DNA of 64,000 bases from an uncultured Planctomycetota bacterium (GTDB lineage Bacteria > Planctomycetota > Planctomycetia > Isosphaerales > Isosphaeraceae): positions 192,001 to 256,000 of the forward strand of contig CAWJTV010000047.1 of the NCBI GenBank assembly GCA_963845755.1, in the 5' to 3' direction. Positions 24,118 to 33,306 of the stretch are shown piece after piece. Numbering within the stretch: the first letter of the stretch is position 1; every line of letters begins with the position of its first letter. The notes under the pieces are model-generated. The model was given only the letters and a program-made list of their open reading frames with translations, made no database searches and was not told the DNA's origin. A program made the translations under genes and the position numbers.

Positions 24118-24987
24118 ATGGCAACCACACACAAAAATCGGGCCACGACATCTACGGCGAATGCGGGCGGGACCTCGAGGCGCGCGGAGGGACTGCCGAG
24201 CCTGATCCCGCAAAGCCCGGAGGCCGAGGCGATCGAATCTCTCCGGCGGCAGGTCATCGCCCTCCAGCGCATCAGCAGCCTGGGGGTCCTGGCCGGCGGG
24301 GTGTTCCATGAGCTGAACAACGCGTTGACGCCCATCCTGAACTACGCCAAGCTGGGCCTGAGGAATCCCGATCCAGCCTACCGCGAGCGGGCCCTGACGC
24401 AGATCGTCGAAGCCGCGCAACGGGCGGCGACGATTACCCGTGGCATGCTGGGCCTGACCCGGCCGGGTGGCAGCCTTGACCACCGCGAGCCGACCGACCT
24501 GGTCCGGCTGGTCCAGGAAGTAATCGTCCTTGTGGATAAGGACATGATGCGTCACCGCGTCCGATTGGACGTGAAGCTGACCGGCCAGCCCCTCGCGCGG
24601 GTGAACCCGGCCCAGATCCAGCAGGTCCTCCTCAACCTCTTGATCAACGCCCGACAGGCGATGCCCGAAGGCGGCATCGTGCGAGTCCGCCTCGGCCTGG
24701 ACGCGGCCGGCCGTCGAGCCGAGCTGAGCGTCGCCGACGCCGGTATCGGGATCGGGCCGACCGATCTCCGCCGCATCTTCGAGCCGTTCTACTCGACCAA
24801 GACCGGTCCCGACGCCGCGGGGCAGGGGGGCACAGGCCTGGGATTGGCCGTCTGCCGCGATATCGTCGAGGCCCACCACGGACGTCTCCGCGCCGAGAGC
24901 CGCCTCGGGCAGGGTTCGACCTTCACCCTGATCCTCCCGGCATGCCCGCCCGCCGAGGCCGCTGCTGGGCAGCAAGGAGCGGCGTGA
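24118..24987 (+). CDS. Histidine kinase core (HisKA + HATPase) without sensor domain
   Basis: H-box GVFHELNN, N-box QVLLNLLINARQA, G1 DAGIG, F IFEPFYSTK, G2 GTGLGL. Confidence 0.92.
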   Translation: MATTHKNRATTSTANAGGTSRRAEGLPSLIPQSPEAEAIESLRRQVIALQRISSLGVLAGGVFHELNNALTPILNYAKLGLRNPDPAYRERALTQIVEAAQRAATITRGMLGLTRPGGSLDHREPTDLVRLVQEVIVLVDKDMMRHRVRLDVKLTGQPLARVNPAQIQQVLLNLLINARQAMPEGGIVRVRLGLDAAGRRAELSVADAGIGIGPTDLRRIFEPFYSTKTGPDAAGQGGTGLGLAVCRDIVEAHHGRLRAESRLGQGSTFTLILPACPPAEAAAGQQGAA

Positions 24988-25461
24988 TCCGCAATCGCGA
25001 CAGCTCCTGGGGTGACCATGAACGACGAATTCACGCAGGGAATGATCAGGCTGAGGAGACTCGGGGACCACGCGGAGTTGCTGGCTGGCGGTGCTCCCGA
25101 AGTTGAATAAATTCATCCATCCTCGTTGCTTCCAGGTCCGCTTACTGACGTCTCAGCAAGCCGGCTGAGTCGTCGAATATTAGGTCTGCGGATCGTTCCG
25201 GCTCCTCGCCATCGCGACATGGAGACCCCCAGATCGCTGCCTCCGAGCCGACAGCTCCTGGAGCTCGGCACGTTCATCGAGGAAACCTTGCAGCCCAGGC
25301 TCGAGCCCGAATCAGGCACCGCCGCCGCCTGGATGTAAACACCAGCCCGTCCTGGACTTCGATCTTCCCCACCTGCGAGTCAAATACCAGGAGCCTTCAT
25401 CGCTCCTCTCCAATTTCATGGCTCGGCAGGTTTTTTCTTCACGTCTCCCCGACGCTCCCGC

Positions 25462-25505
25462 AAAATCAGGGATAGGTTGGCTCAGCTCCAGGCATTCCTT
25501 GTAGA
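25462..25505 (+). promoter_or_regulatory. Conserved upstream motif of the ECF paralogs, copy 1
   Basis: AAAATCAGGGATAG-N10-CTCC.GG...GTAGA, matched at 27306-27349 and partly at 29444-29468. Confidence 0.55.
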
Positions 25506-25534
25506 GACCTCGATCGAGAAGAGGGGAGCCCAGG

Positions 25535-27292
25535 ATGGCCGGGGGTACATCCGTTGCGCTGTTGCGCGACATCCAGACACTGTTTGACACCGGGACGGCC
25601 GCCGGGCTGTCCGACCGGCAACTGCTCGAGCGGTTCGTCGGCTGTCGCGACGCGACGGCCGAATCGGCGTTCGAGGTCCTGGTCCTGCGCCATGGGCCGA
25701 TGGTCCTGCGCGTCTGCCGCAACGTGCTGCATGATCCGAATGACGTCCAGGACGCCTTTCAGGCCACGTTCCTGGTCCTGGTTCGGCGCAGAGGGGCCGT
25801 GAGCAAACTCGAGTCGCTCGGCGGTTGGCTTTATGGCGTCGCCAACCGGGTGGCGCTGCGGGCACGAGTCGATGCGGCGCGGCGTCGGGCCATTGAGGGA
25901 CGCGCGGCCTTGAGGGTCGTGGAGGCGTTCGAGCCGGACGTTTCCGCCGCGATTGATCCCCAGGAATTCGGTCCGATCATCCAGGAAGAAGTCCGGCGGC
26001 TGCCGCAGAGGTATCGCATTGTGGTGGTGCTGTGCTACTGGGAAGGACTCACGCAGGAACAGGCCGCCAGTCAACTCGGCGTCCCGCTGGGCACCGTGCG
26101 GAGCCGGCTGGCTCGGGCGCGGGAGTTACTGCGGCGACGGCTGGCCCGCCGGGGTCTGGCGCCACTGGCCGGAATGGCGGCGGCGGGCCTTGAGGGCCTT
26201 TCGGCTTCGCTGCCGCGGCTCACCGCGGTCCCGGTTGATCTGATGAAGACGACGATCCAGGCGGCGGGACACGTCGCTGCCCGACAGGCAACGAATCCCG
26301 TGGTCTCGGCGGTGGTCGCATCCCTGGTCAAACAAGTGCTCTGGAGCATGACGATGATCAAGATCAGCGGAATCGTGGCAGGCGTGGTCCTGATGGGATT
26401 GGCCGGTTATGGAGTCAAGGTCGCCGGACAGCAGGCCAGGCCGGTCCAATCAGGGGTCGTTCAAGGGGCGGAGGATCCGACCTCGCCACAGAACCGCCCG
26501 GGACAGGTGCAACCGGGCGCGGGAAGAAGTCCGCTCCTCGGAACACCGGGCCCTTCGAGGGAATCTATTCCAACATCGAGGGCCAGACGACCATCATGAA
26601 GATGCTCCCGAACGGTTCGGTGGTCAAGAAGGGTGATGTCCTCTGCGAGCTGGATGCCGCGGCCCTGCAAGATCGGTTGATCAACCAGAGGATCACCAGA
26701 GAAAGCGCCAAGGCCAACTTTCAGAACGCCAGGCTGGCCCGTGAGGAGGCCGAGATTGAAGCGTCCTGGTTTCAGGACGAGATCTACCCTCGCGAGAAAC
26801 GGGAGGTCGAAGGGGAAGTCACAGTCGCGGAGTCCGAAGTGGTGGTGGGAGAGGCCGAGCTAAAGGAGGTCAAATCGATCGGCGGCAACAATGAACTGGC
26901 CCTCAAGCGGGCTGATCTGGCGATCGCTCGCTCCAGGCTCGCCTTGGTGAAGGCGAGGAATCGACTCCACATCTTGACCCATTACACCAAGGACCATCGG
27001 ACCAAGGAGCTGGTCATCGAGGTGGAGAAGACCTGGTCGAACGAGCTGGCCAAAGGAGCCACCTGGGAGCTGGAGAAGAACAAGGAGGCGAAGTTGGAAC
27101 GGCAGATCGCCGCCTGCACGATCAAGGCCCCGATCGACGGTACCGTGGTCTATGCCGACTTCGTGAGTCAGGATGCGACGACGAAAAGCCAGCCCCGGCT
27201 CCTTCACATCGAGGTCGGGGCGAGCGTCGCGCGAGCGACAGCTCATCTTGCGGATTGTTCCCCCTCCCACGGCCGCCCCCGATCCGCGGTAA
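25535..27292 (+). CDS. ECF sigma factor fused to a TM segment and HlyD/MFP-like periplasmic domain (frameshifts near 26550 and 27230)
   Basis: Sigma regions 2 and 4 (DVQDAFQATFLVL, GTVRSRLARAR), TM ISGIVAGVVLMGLAG, then IYSNIEGQTTI, GSVVKKGDVLCELD, IKAPIDGTVVY and IEVGASV-RERQLI to a stop at 27292. Confidence 0.85.
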
Positions 27293-27305
27293 GATACGTG
27301 GAACG

Positions 27306-27349
27306 AAAATCAGGGATAGCCGGGCCCCGCTCCGGGGACTACTGGTAGA
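27306..27349 (+). promoter_or_regulatory. Conserved upstream motif of the ECF paralogs, copy 2
   Basis: AAAATCAGGGATAG-N10-CTCCGGGG...GTAGA, same spacing as copy 1. Confidence 0.55.
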
Positions 27350-27378
27350 AACCCTGATCGAGACCACGGGAGTTCCGC

Positions 27379-29262
27379 ATGGCCGGGGGTACATCCGTCG
27401 AGCTGTTGCGCGACATCCAGATCCTCTTCGACGCGGGGACTGCGAGCGGCTTGTCCGACCGGCAATTGCTGGATCGATTCACGAACCATCGCGACCCATC
27501 GGCGTTCGAGGTCCTGGTCTCGCGACACGGGCCGATGGTCCTGCGCGTCTGCCGGAATCTCCTCGCCGACCCAAACGACGCCCAGGATGCCTTCCAGGCG
27601 ACGTTCTTGATCCTGGTTCGGCGGTCCGGTTCGATCCGGAGGCTGGATTCGGTCGGAAGCTGGCTCTACGGTGTCGCCAGCCGGGTGGCGGCGCGGGTGC
27701 GCGTCGGGGCATCGCGCCGCAGGGTCGCCGAGGAGCGAGCGGCGGCCCGGGTCCTTGAGGCGATCGATCCTTGCCAGGGCGAGCCCGACCTGGTGGAGTT
27801 CGGCCCGATCGTCCAGGAGGAAGTCCGGCGACTGCCTGAGAAATACCGCTCCGCGGTGATTCTCTGCTACTGGGAAGGCCTGACGCAGGAACAGGCCGCC
27901 GTTCAACTCGGAATCCCGCTGGGCACGGTGCGGAGCCGGATTGCCCGAGCGCGTGACTTGTTACGCCGACGGCTGACGAGGCGTGGTTCGGCGCCGGTTG
28001 CCGGTATCGTATCGGCGGGCATGGATACAGCCCCCTATTTGCTGGGACGACTCCCTCAGATCTCATCCGGGCTGGTCCATTCCACGGTCCAGGCCGCATC
28101 TCGCTTCGCCGCCGGCCAGGCGCCGGTCCAGGTCGTTTCCGGATCGGCCGCTTCGTTGGTTCAACGCATTCTGTGGAGCATGGCGATGATCAAGTTTTGC
28201 AAACTCGCGACGGCTCTGTCAGTCCTTGTCCTGACCATCTGGGGCGTGAGCCTCTGGGCCCAGCAACCGGAGGCGCGGCGTCCAAGAACCCGCCCTCAGG
28301 CCCGACCGGAGCACACTCCACCGATCCAGGCCAAGACGGCACCGCCCCTCCAGGATGGGCCGGCCCACACCATCGAGCCCCCCGACCTCGTCCTGGTCGA
28401 GGTCCTTGAGGGTCTCCCCGGCCGGCCAATCTCCGGCGAGCGCCTCGTCCGACCTGACGGTACCATCAGCCTGGGATTCTACGGAGAAGTCCATGTTGCC
28501 GGCCTGACCCTCCTCGAGGCCAAGGAGAAGATCGTCCGACACTTGCGGAAATCCATTTCCGACGAGTTGCTGGGACTGACGGAAATCGATCCCGAGACGG
28601 GAGAGCCTGCGATCGATCCCAAGACCAAGAAACTCAAGAGAATCGATCCCAAGGATACCGACCGGGTCTTCGTCGACGTCACCGCTTACAACAGCAAGAA
28701 CTACTACGTCGAAGGTGAGGTCTGGTATCCGGGGAGATTGCCCTTCACCGGCCGGGAGTCGGTGCTCGATGTCCTCCATTTCGTTGGCGGTCCTGCTCCT
28801 GCGGCCGACCGATCCGGCATCCGTCTGATTCGCAGCTTTCCGGCGGGATCGCCCGTGCAGGTCCTGCCGATCGATTACGAAGAAATCACGATGGGGACCG
28901 ACTCGTTGACCAATTATCAGATCCTGCCCGGTGATCGACTCGTCATTCCCCGCGATCCCAATTACGTCCCACCCGAATCAGCGCCGGTCCGATCTCAACA
29001 AAGAGCTCCGCAAGCGCCGAAATTGCCGCACGACCCGAGCAGGTATTATTTCCCGTCGAGTAGCGGCGACGCAGCCGACAAACATCTCGAAACCCTCCAT
29101 TCCGTGGAGCGTCACGTGACCGAGCTCGAGCGGAAGCTCGATCAGATCATCGAGAGGATGGATCGCGCAGCAGAGAAGGCGCAAACCAAGTCCTCCGAGA
29201 AGCCGAGATCGCGCGGCGGATCTGCACCCGTTCGGCGCGAAGAGAATTCATCCGAGGAATAG
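27379..29262 (+). CDS. ECF sigma factor fused to a TM segment and polysaccharide-export (Poly_export/SLBB, Wza-like) domain
   Basis: Intact 627 aa ORF. Sigma regions 2 and 4, TM LATALSVLVLTIWGV, then IEPPDLVLVEV, LVRPDGTISLGFYGEVHVAGLT, YYVEGEV..PG, NYQILPGDRLVI. Confidence 0.9.
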   Translation: MAGGTSVELLRDIQILFDAGTASGLSDRQLLDRFTNHRDPSAFEVLVSRHGPMVLRVCRNLLADPNDAQDAFQATFLILVRRSGSIRRLDSVGSWLYGVASRVAARVRVGASRRRVAEERAAARVLEAIDPCQGEPDLVEFGPIVQEEVRRLPEKYRSAVILCYWEGLTQEQAAVQLGIPLGTVRSRIARARDLLRRRLTRRGSAPVAGIVSAGMDTAPYLLGRLPQISSGLVHSTVQAASRFAAGQAPVQVVSGSAASLVQRILWSMAMIKFCKLATALSVLVLTIWGVSLWAQQPEARRPRTRPQARPEHTPPIQAKTAPPLQDGPAHTIEPPDLVLVEVLEGLPGRPISGERLVRPDGTISLGFYGEVHVAGLTLLEAKEKIVRHLRKSISDELLGLTEIDPETGEPAIDPKTKKLKRIDPKDTDRVFVDVTAYNSKNYYVEGEVWYPGRLPFTGRESVLDVLHFVGGPAPAADRSGIRLIRSFPAGSPVQVLPIDYEEITMGTDSLTNYQILPGDRLVIPRDPNYVPPESAPVRSQQRAPQAPKLPHDPSRYYFPSSSGDAADKHLETLHSVERHVTELERKLDQIIERMDRAAEKAQTKSSEKPRSRGGSAPVRREENSSEE

Positions 29263-29532
29263 AGTGCTTGCTCCCAGTTCCGGGAGATAGGATCTGGTTC
29301 CTCGCACCGGCCTGTGCCGGGGAAAGGTGCGGGAGTGAGGTGGAGCTGAAGCTCGACGGGATCCTGGAGGCCCTCAACAAATCAAGCCAAGGGCGGCCAG
29401 ATGGACGCGTCCGCCGCTGGGTGATCGCTCTGGAGATGCGCGTGGGATAAACTGGAGGACTCCGGGCACAATTCGAGTTTGGTACCGGTCGCCTCGGATA
29501 CCCCTCTTCATCGCGTTCTCTGGAGCACGGCC

Positions 29533-31434
29533 ATGTTCAAGCACAACAAGACGACTGCCGTGTTGGTTATGTTCACCCTCACCGTGATGGGAACGAGTCT
29601 GTGGGCACAGCCATCGGGCCGATCTCGCCCCAGGCGGCGAGCGCGGCCTCAGCCGGAGGCGGCCGCGCCAAAGACGCCTAGAACTCCTTCAGAAGATGCG
29701 GCCGTGACGGAATCCACTCCAGACCGTCCGGCCCAGCCCGCCCCGCCGGTCAAGTATTTGGAAGCCGGCGCGAAGCTTTTCAACACCGGTCAGTACGAGC
29801 TGGCCGCCAAATACCTGGACGCCGCCAATCGGTATCGGGACCAGCTTCAGCAGGACGAACGCGTAATGCTCGACGCGTATCTCAAGGAGCTAGCTAAGGT
29901 CCAAGAGACTGCGCAGGAGGCGCTCCCGAGGTTGCCTGCCGAAGCCTCCTCCTCCAGGGCATCCAACCGCTCAGCGAAGGAAACCAAGCGGCCGGAGTAT
30001 GTTGTCGAGCCCCCAGACCTGATCCTTGTTGAGGTTCTCGAAGCCGCGCCTGGCCGTCCGATCTCCGGCGAGCGGCTGGTCCGGCCCGACGGCAGGGTAT
30101 CTCTGGGTTTCTATGGCGAGGTTGAGGTTGCTGGTCTGTCGATCCCCGAGATCAAGGAAAAGATCGTCCTCCACCTGCGGACGTACCTCAGCGATCGGAC
30201 ACTCGGGCTGGTCGAGATCGATCCTTACACCGGCGAGCCGACGGTCGATCCCACTACCAATAAAATCAAGCAGATCGATCCCCGAGACACGGACCGTGTC
30301 TTCGTTGACGTCACGGCTTACAATAGCTCACATGTTTACGTTGAGGGAGATGTGCTCCTTCCCAGGCAGATTCCCTATACCGGCGGAGATACCGTCCTGG
30401 ATTTGATTCATGACGCCGGTGGATTGTTACCCACCTGCGATCAGACCAGGATCCGCCTGATCCGGAGTTTTCCCAAGGGCTCACCCGCCCGAGTCCTCCC
30501 GGTCGATTACCAACAGATCACCATGGGGACAGACTCCTCGACCAATTACGCAGTCTTGCCCAACGATCGTCTCGTCGTTCCTCGCGACCCGTCCGTTACC
30601 ATAGACCCGGCCTCCGCTCGCAGATTGACCTCGTCTGGCGAGAAACTCCGTGCCAAGCTGATTCCCAACCGACTCGAAGGGAGTCTCTTTTACGATCGTG
30701 GGAGGGAGAGGAGTGGATATTTCGATCGCCAGTCAGCACTGATGACCGACGACGACCAGAACACCCTGGAACCCATTATCTCCGAGATCGAGGCGAAGCT
30801 GGACAGGTTGCTCGAAGCGACGGCTGCCATCGAAAAGGAGACCGCCGAGCGAGCGAGCCAAAGGCCCGCCATGACGCCCGAGGAACTCTCTCAGCTCGAG
30901 ATGGACGACGAGGAACTCGAGAGAATCCTGCCCGAACTGAGACAGAGGAGGCAAACGACACCCGAGAATCCCCGGTCGTTGCCAAGGCGCCTTCGCCCCA
31001 GGTTGGTGCGACCGTTCCCTGGTAATCGGCCATCGGCGCCGTGCGCCGCGAAGAGATCCGGAACCCGCCCGACGAGTCTTCGCGGCCCGAGTCGATGCCG
31101 CGACCGCCCGAATCGTCCAGCCCGCAGATTCCGCGGGAGCAACGGTCACCGTTCGATATGCCGCCTCCGGGTGATACACCTGTCGCGCCCAAGGTCCGTT
31201 CGCCATTCGCTGATGATGAGCCAACTTCTCCCCCGGTCAAGCCGGAGCGCGCTAGGACCGGATTGTGGCCCATCCGTTCACACTCTGGGAGAACCCTTCG
31301 GTTCGGCTCGCCACTCTCGTCATCGCCCGGCGCACCCGTTACAGTGGAGCGGTCCGAGGCGATGGCGGCGGATCGTGTCGGGTCATCGTCGGACGACCGA
31401 AACGAACCGATCCATTCCAGCCGTGGGAGGATAG
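29533..31434 (+). CDS. Sigma-less paralog: signal peptide, TPR-like helices and Poly_export/SLBB domain (frameshift near 31040; 3' end uncertain)
   Basis: MFKHNK...SLWAQ aligns with MIKFCK...SLWAQ of the upstream gene. VVEPPDLILVEV, LVRPDGRVSLGFYGEV, NYAVLPNDRLVV. The shared APVRREE motif is restored by adding one base near 31040. Confidence 0.8.
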   Translation: MFKHNKTTAVLVMFTLTVMGTSLWAQPSGRSRPRRRARPQPEAAAPKTPRTPSEDAAVTESTPDRPAQPAPPVKYLEAGAKLFNTGQYELAAKYLDAANRYRDQLQQDERVMLDAYLKELAKVQETAQEALPRLPAEASSSRASNRSAKETKRPEYVVEPPDLILVEVLEAAPGRPISGERLVRPDGRVSLGFYGEVEVAGLSIPEIKEKIVLHLRTYLSDRTLGLVEIDPYTGEPTVDPTTNKIKQIDPRDTDRVFVDVTAYNSSHVYVEGDVLLPRQIPYTGGDTVLDLIHDAGGLLPTCDQTRIRLIRSFPKGSPARVLPVDYQQITMGTDSSTNYAVLPNDRLVVPRDPSVTIDPASARRLTSSGEKLRAKLIPNRLEGSLFYDRGRERSGYFDRQSALMTDDDQNTLEPIISEIEAKLDRLLEATAAIEKETAERASQRPAMTPEELSQLEMDDEELERILPELRQRRQTTPENPRSLPRRLRPRLVRPFPGNRPSAPCAAKRSGTRPTSLRGPSRCRDRPNRPARRFRGSNGHRSICRLRVIHLSRPRSVRHSLMMSQLLPRSSRSALGPDCGPSVHTLGEPFGSARHSRHRPAHPLQWSGPRRWRRIVSGHRRTTETNRSIPAVGG

Positions 31435-31440
31435 CTTACG

Positions 31441-32312
31441 ATGCGCTGGGTGACCGTGGCGACGGAGGAAGGGCCGAGGGCCTGCGGGGTGTATCAGGGT
31501 GAATATGTGGATGTCAACGCGGCCGATGCCGAGCTGCCGTTGACGGTCCGCGAGCTGCTCGAGCTGGGGCCGGAATGGGAACGCCGGGCACGGGCGGCCC
31601 TGCCGCGGGGCGTCGTCCGCCACGACCCGGCCAACGTCCGAATCCTGGCACCGGTCCCCAACGCTCGCAAGATCATCTGCATCGGGCTGAACTATCGCGA
31701 TCACGCCGCCGAGAGTGGGGTCCCGGCACCCGGCGAGCCGGTGCTCTTCAGCAAGTATCCCAGCGCCTTGACCGGCCACCTCGAACCCATCGTCTTGCCC
31801 AGGGTGAGCGCCGAGGTCAACTACGAGGCGGAGCTGGTGGTGGTCATCGGCCGGGGTGGCCGGCACATCCCTCGCCAGCGCGCCCTGGAGCATGTCGGGG
31901 GTTACAGCGTTGGCCACGACGTCTCCGCCCGCGACTGGCAGCTCAACAAGCCGGGCAAGCAGTGGATGGCCGGCAAGACGTTCGACACATTCGCTCCCGT
32001 TGGGCCCGAACTCGTGACCCCGGACGAAGTCCCCGACCCTCACAAGCTGGGCATCCGGCTCCGCCTCAACGGCCAGACCATGCAAGACTCGAACACCAAT
32101 CAACTCATCTTCGGCGTCGACGAGCTGGTCTCCTACATGTCGCAGGTCTTCACCCTGGAGACGGGGGACCTGATCTTCACGGGCACGCCTCCCGGCGTCG
32201 GCATGGCGCCAAGCCCCCGGTCTGGCTCAAGCCCGGCGATGTCGTCGAGGTCGAGATCGACCACCTGGGAACGCTCAAGAACTCCGTCGTCGCCGAAGCG
32301 GGCCGGCCCTGA
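31441..32312 (+). CDS. Fumarylacetoacetate hydrolase family protein (frameshift near 32210)
   Basis: KIICIGLNYRDH, YEAELVVVIG, HDVSARDWQ, GKTFDTFAP, TGTPPGVG. Tail KPPVWLKPGDVVEVEI is in the shifted frame. Confidence 0.92.
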
Positions 32313-32322
32313 CCGGCGCGAG

Positions 32323-32518
32323 AAGCGGAAAAAGGGGACATAACGAATATTGTGTGGACCCGGCTTTCTCTGTATGATGGGGCGATGCCCAGAACCGCAC
32401 GAGCTTCGGTCGCTGACACCAAGCGGAAAAAGGGGACATAACGAATATTGTGTGGACCCGGCTTTCTCTGTATGATGGGGCGATGCCCAGAACCGCACGA
32501 GCTTCGGTCGCTGACACC
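32323..32518 (+). repeat. Perfect 98-bp tandem duplication
   Basis: 32323-32420 equals 32421-32518. The unit holds the left inverted repeat and the first 12 transposase codons. Confidence 0.95.
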
Positions 32519-33157
32519 TGGTATCACGTGCTCAATCGCGGCAACCGTCGCGAGGAGGTCTTTCACAAACCGGCCGACTACGACGCCTTCGTCAAGGCCA
32601 TCGCCGATGCCCAAGCGCGCCTCCGAGTCGACCTGCTGGGCTATTGCTTGATGCCCAATCACTTCCACCTGGTGCTCCGGACGCAGGCCGACGGCGATCT
32701 CGGGCGGTGGATGCAGTGGCTGCTGATGGCTCACGTCCGGCGTTATCATCGGCACTATCAGACCACGGGCCACGTCTGGCAGGGGCGGTTCAAAGCTTTC
32801 TCGGTGCAAGACGACGACCATCTCATCGGCGTCGTTCGCTACGTGGAGCGCAACGCCTTGCGGGCGGAACTGGTGTCCCGAGCGGAGGACTGGAAATGGT
32901 CGAGCCTACCGGGCTGGCTCCGCGGTGATCGGCTGTTGTGGAGTGGGGTGGTTCCGGTTCGGGATGAGCGGTGGTTGGAGCGAGTCAATGAGCCGTTATC
33001 GGCGGGGGATCTTCAGCGGCTCAGACTGTCCGTGGAACGGGGGCGACCGTACGGTGATGAAACGTGGACCCGGGAGACGGCCGGGAGATTGGGACTGGAA
33101 TTCACCCTACGGGGGCGAGGCCGTCCCAAGAAGCTGGAGTAATTCGTTATGTCCCCT
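32431..33157 (+). mobile_element. RAYT/REP-associated tyrosine transposase cassette bounded by 16-bp inverted repeats
   Basis: AGGGGACATAACGAAT at 32431-32446 (also 32333-32348) and its exact reverse complement at 33142-33157. Confidence 0.8.
32483..33142 (+). CDS. Y1/HUH transposase, IS200-superfamily RAYT type
   Basis: MPRTAR, YHVLNRGN, YCLMPNHFHL (HUH), GHVWQGRFK, RYVERNALRA (catalytic Tyr), WKWSS, RGRGRPKK. Confidence 0.92.
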   Translation: MPRTARASVADTWYHVLNRGNRREEVFHKPADYDAFVKAIADAQARLRVDLLGYCLMPNHFHLVLRTQADGDLGRWMQWLLMAHVRRYHRHYQTTGHVWQGRFKAFSVQDDDHLIGVVRYVERNALRAELVSRAEDWKWSSLPGWLRGDRLLWSGVVPVRDERWLERVNEPLSAGDLQRLRLSVERGRPYGDETWTRETAGRLGLEFTLRGRGRPKKLE

Positions 33158-33180
33158 GGTATGTGGCGAAGTGAGGTACT

Positions 33181-33232
33181 AAAGATTCTTGACCAGCAAC
33201 AACAGGGGGGCCTGGGGGGGTCAAGAATCTTT
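33181..33232. repeat. 14-bp perfect inverted repeat
   Basis: AAAGATTCTTGACC (33181-33194) and GGTCAAGAATCTTT (33219-33232) around a G-rich loop. Confidence 0.9.
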
Positions 33233-33306
33233 TCTACTGAACGCCCGAGCAGACTTCCAGAATGGGAGTTGGGTCTCTTCTCAACTCGATTCGGAGGTCC
33301 TGTTCC

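Noticed and set aside
23806..25116. 436 aa minus-strand ORF
   Set aside because: Antisense to the histidine kinase.
25018..25338. Small gene between the kinase and the first ECF
   Set aside because: Only short broken ORFs with no recognisable similarity.
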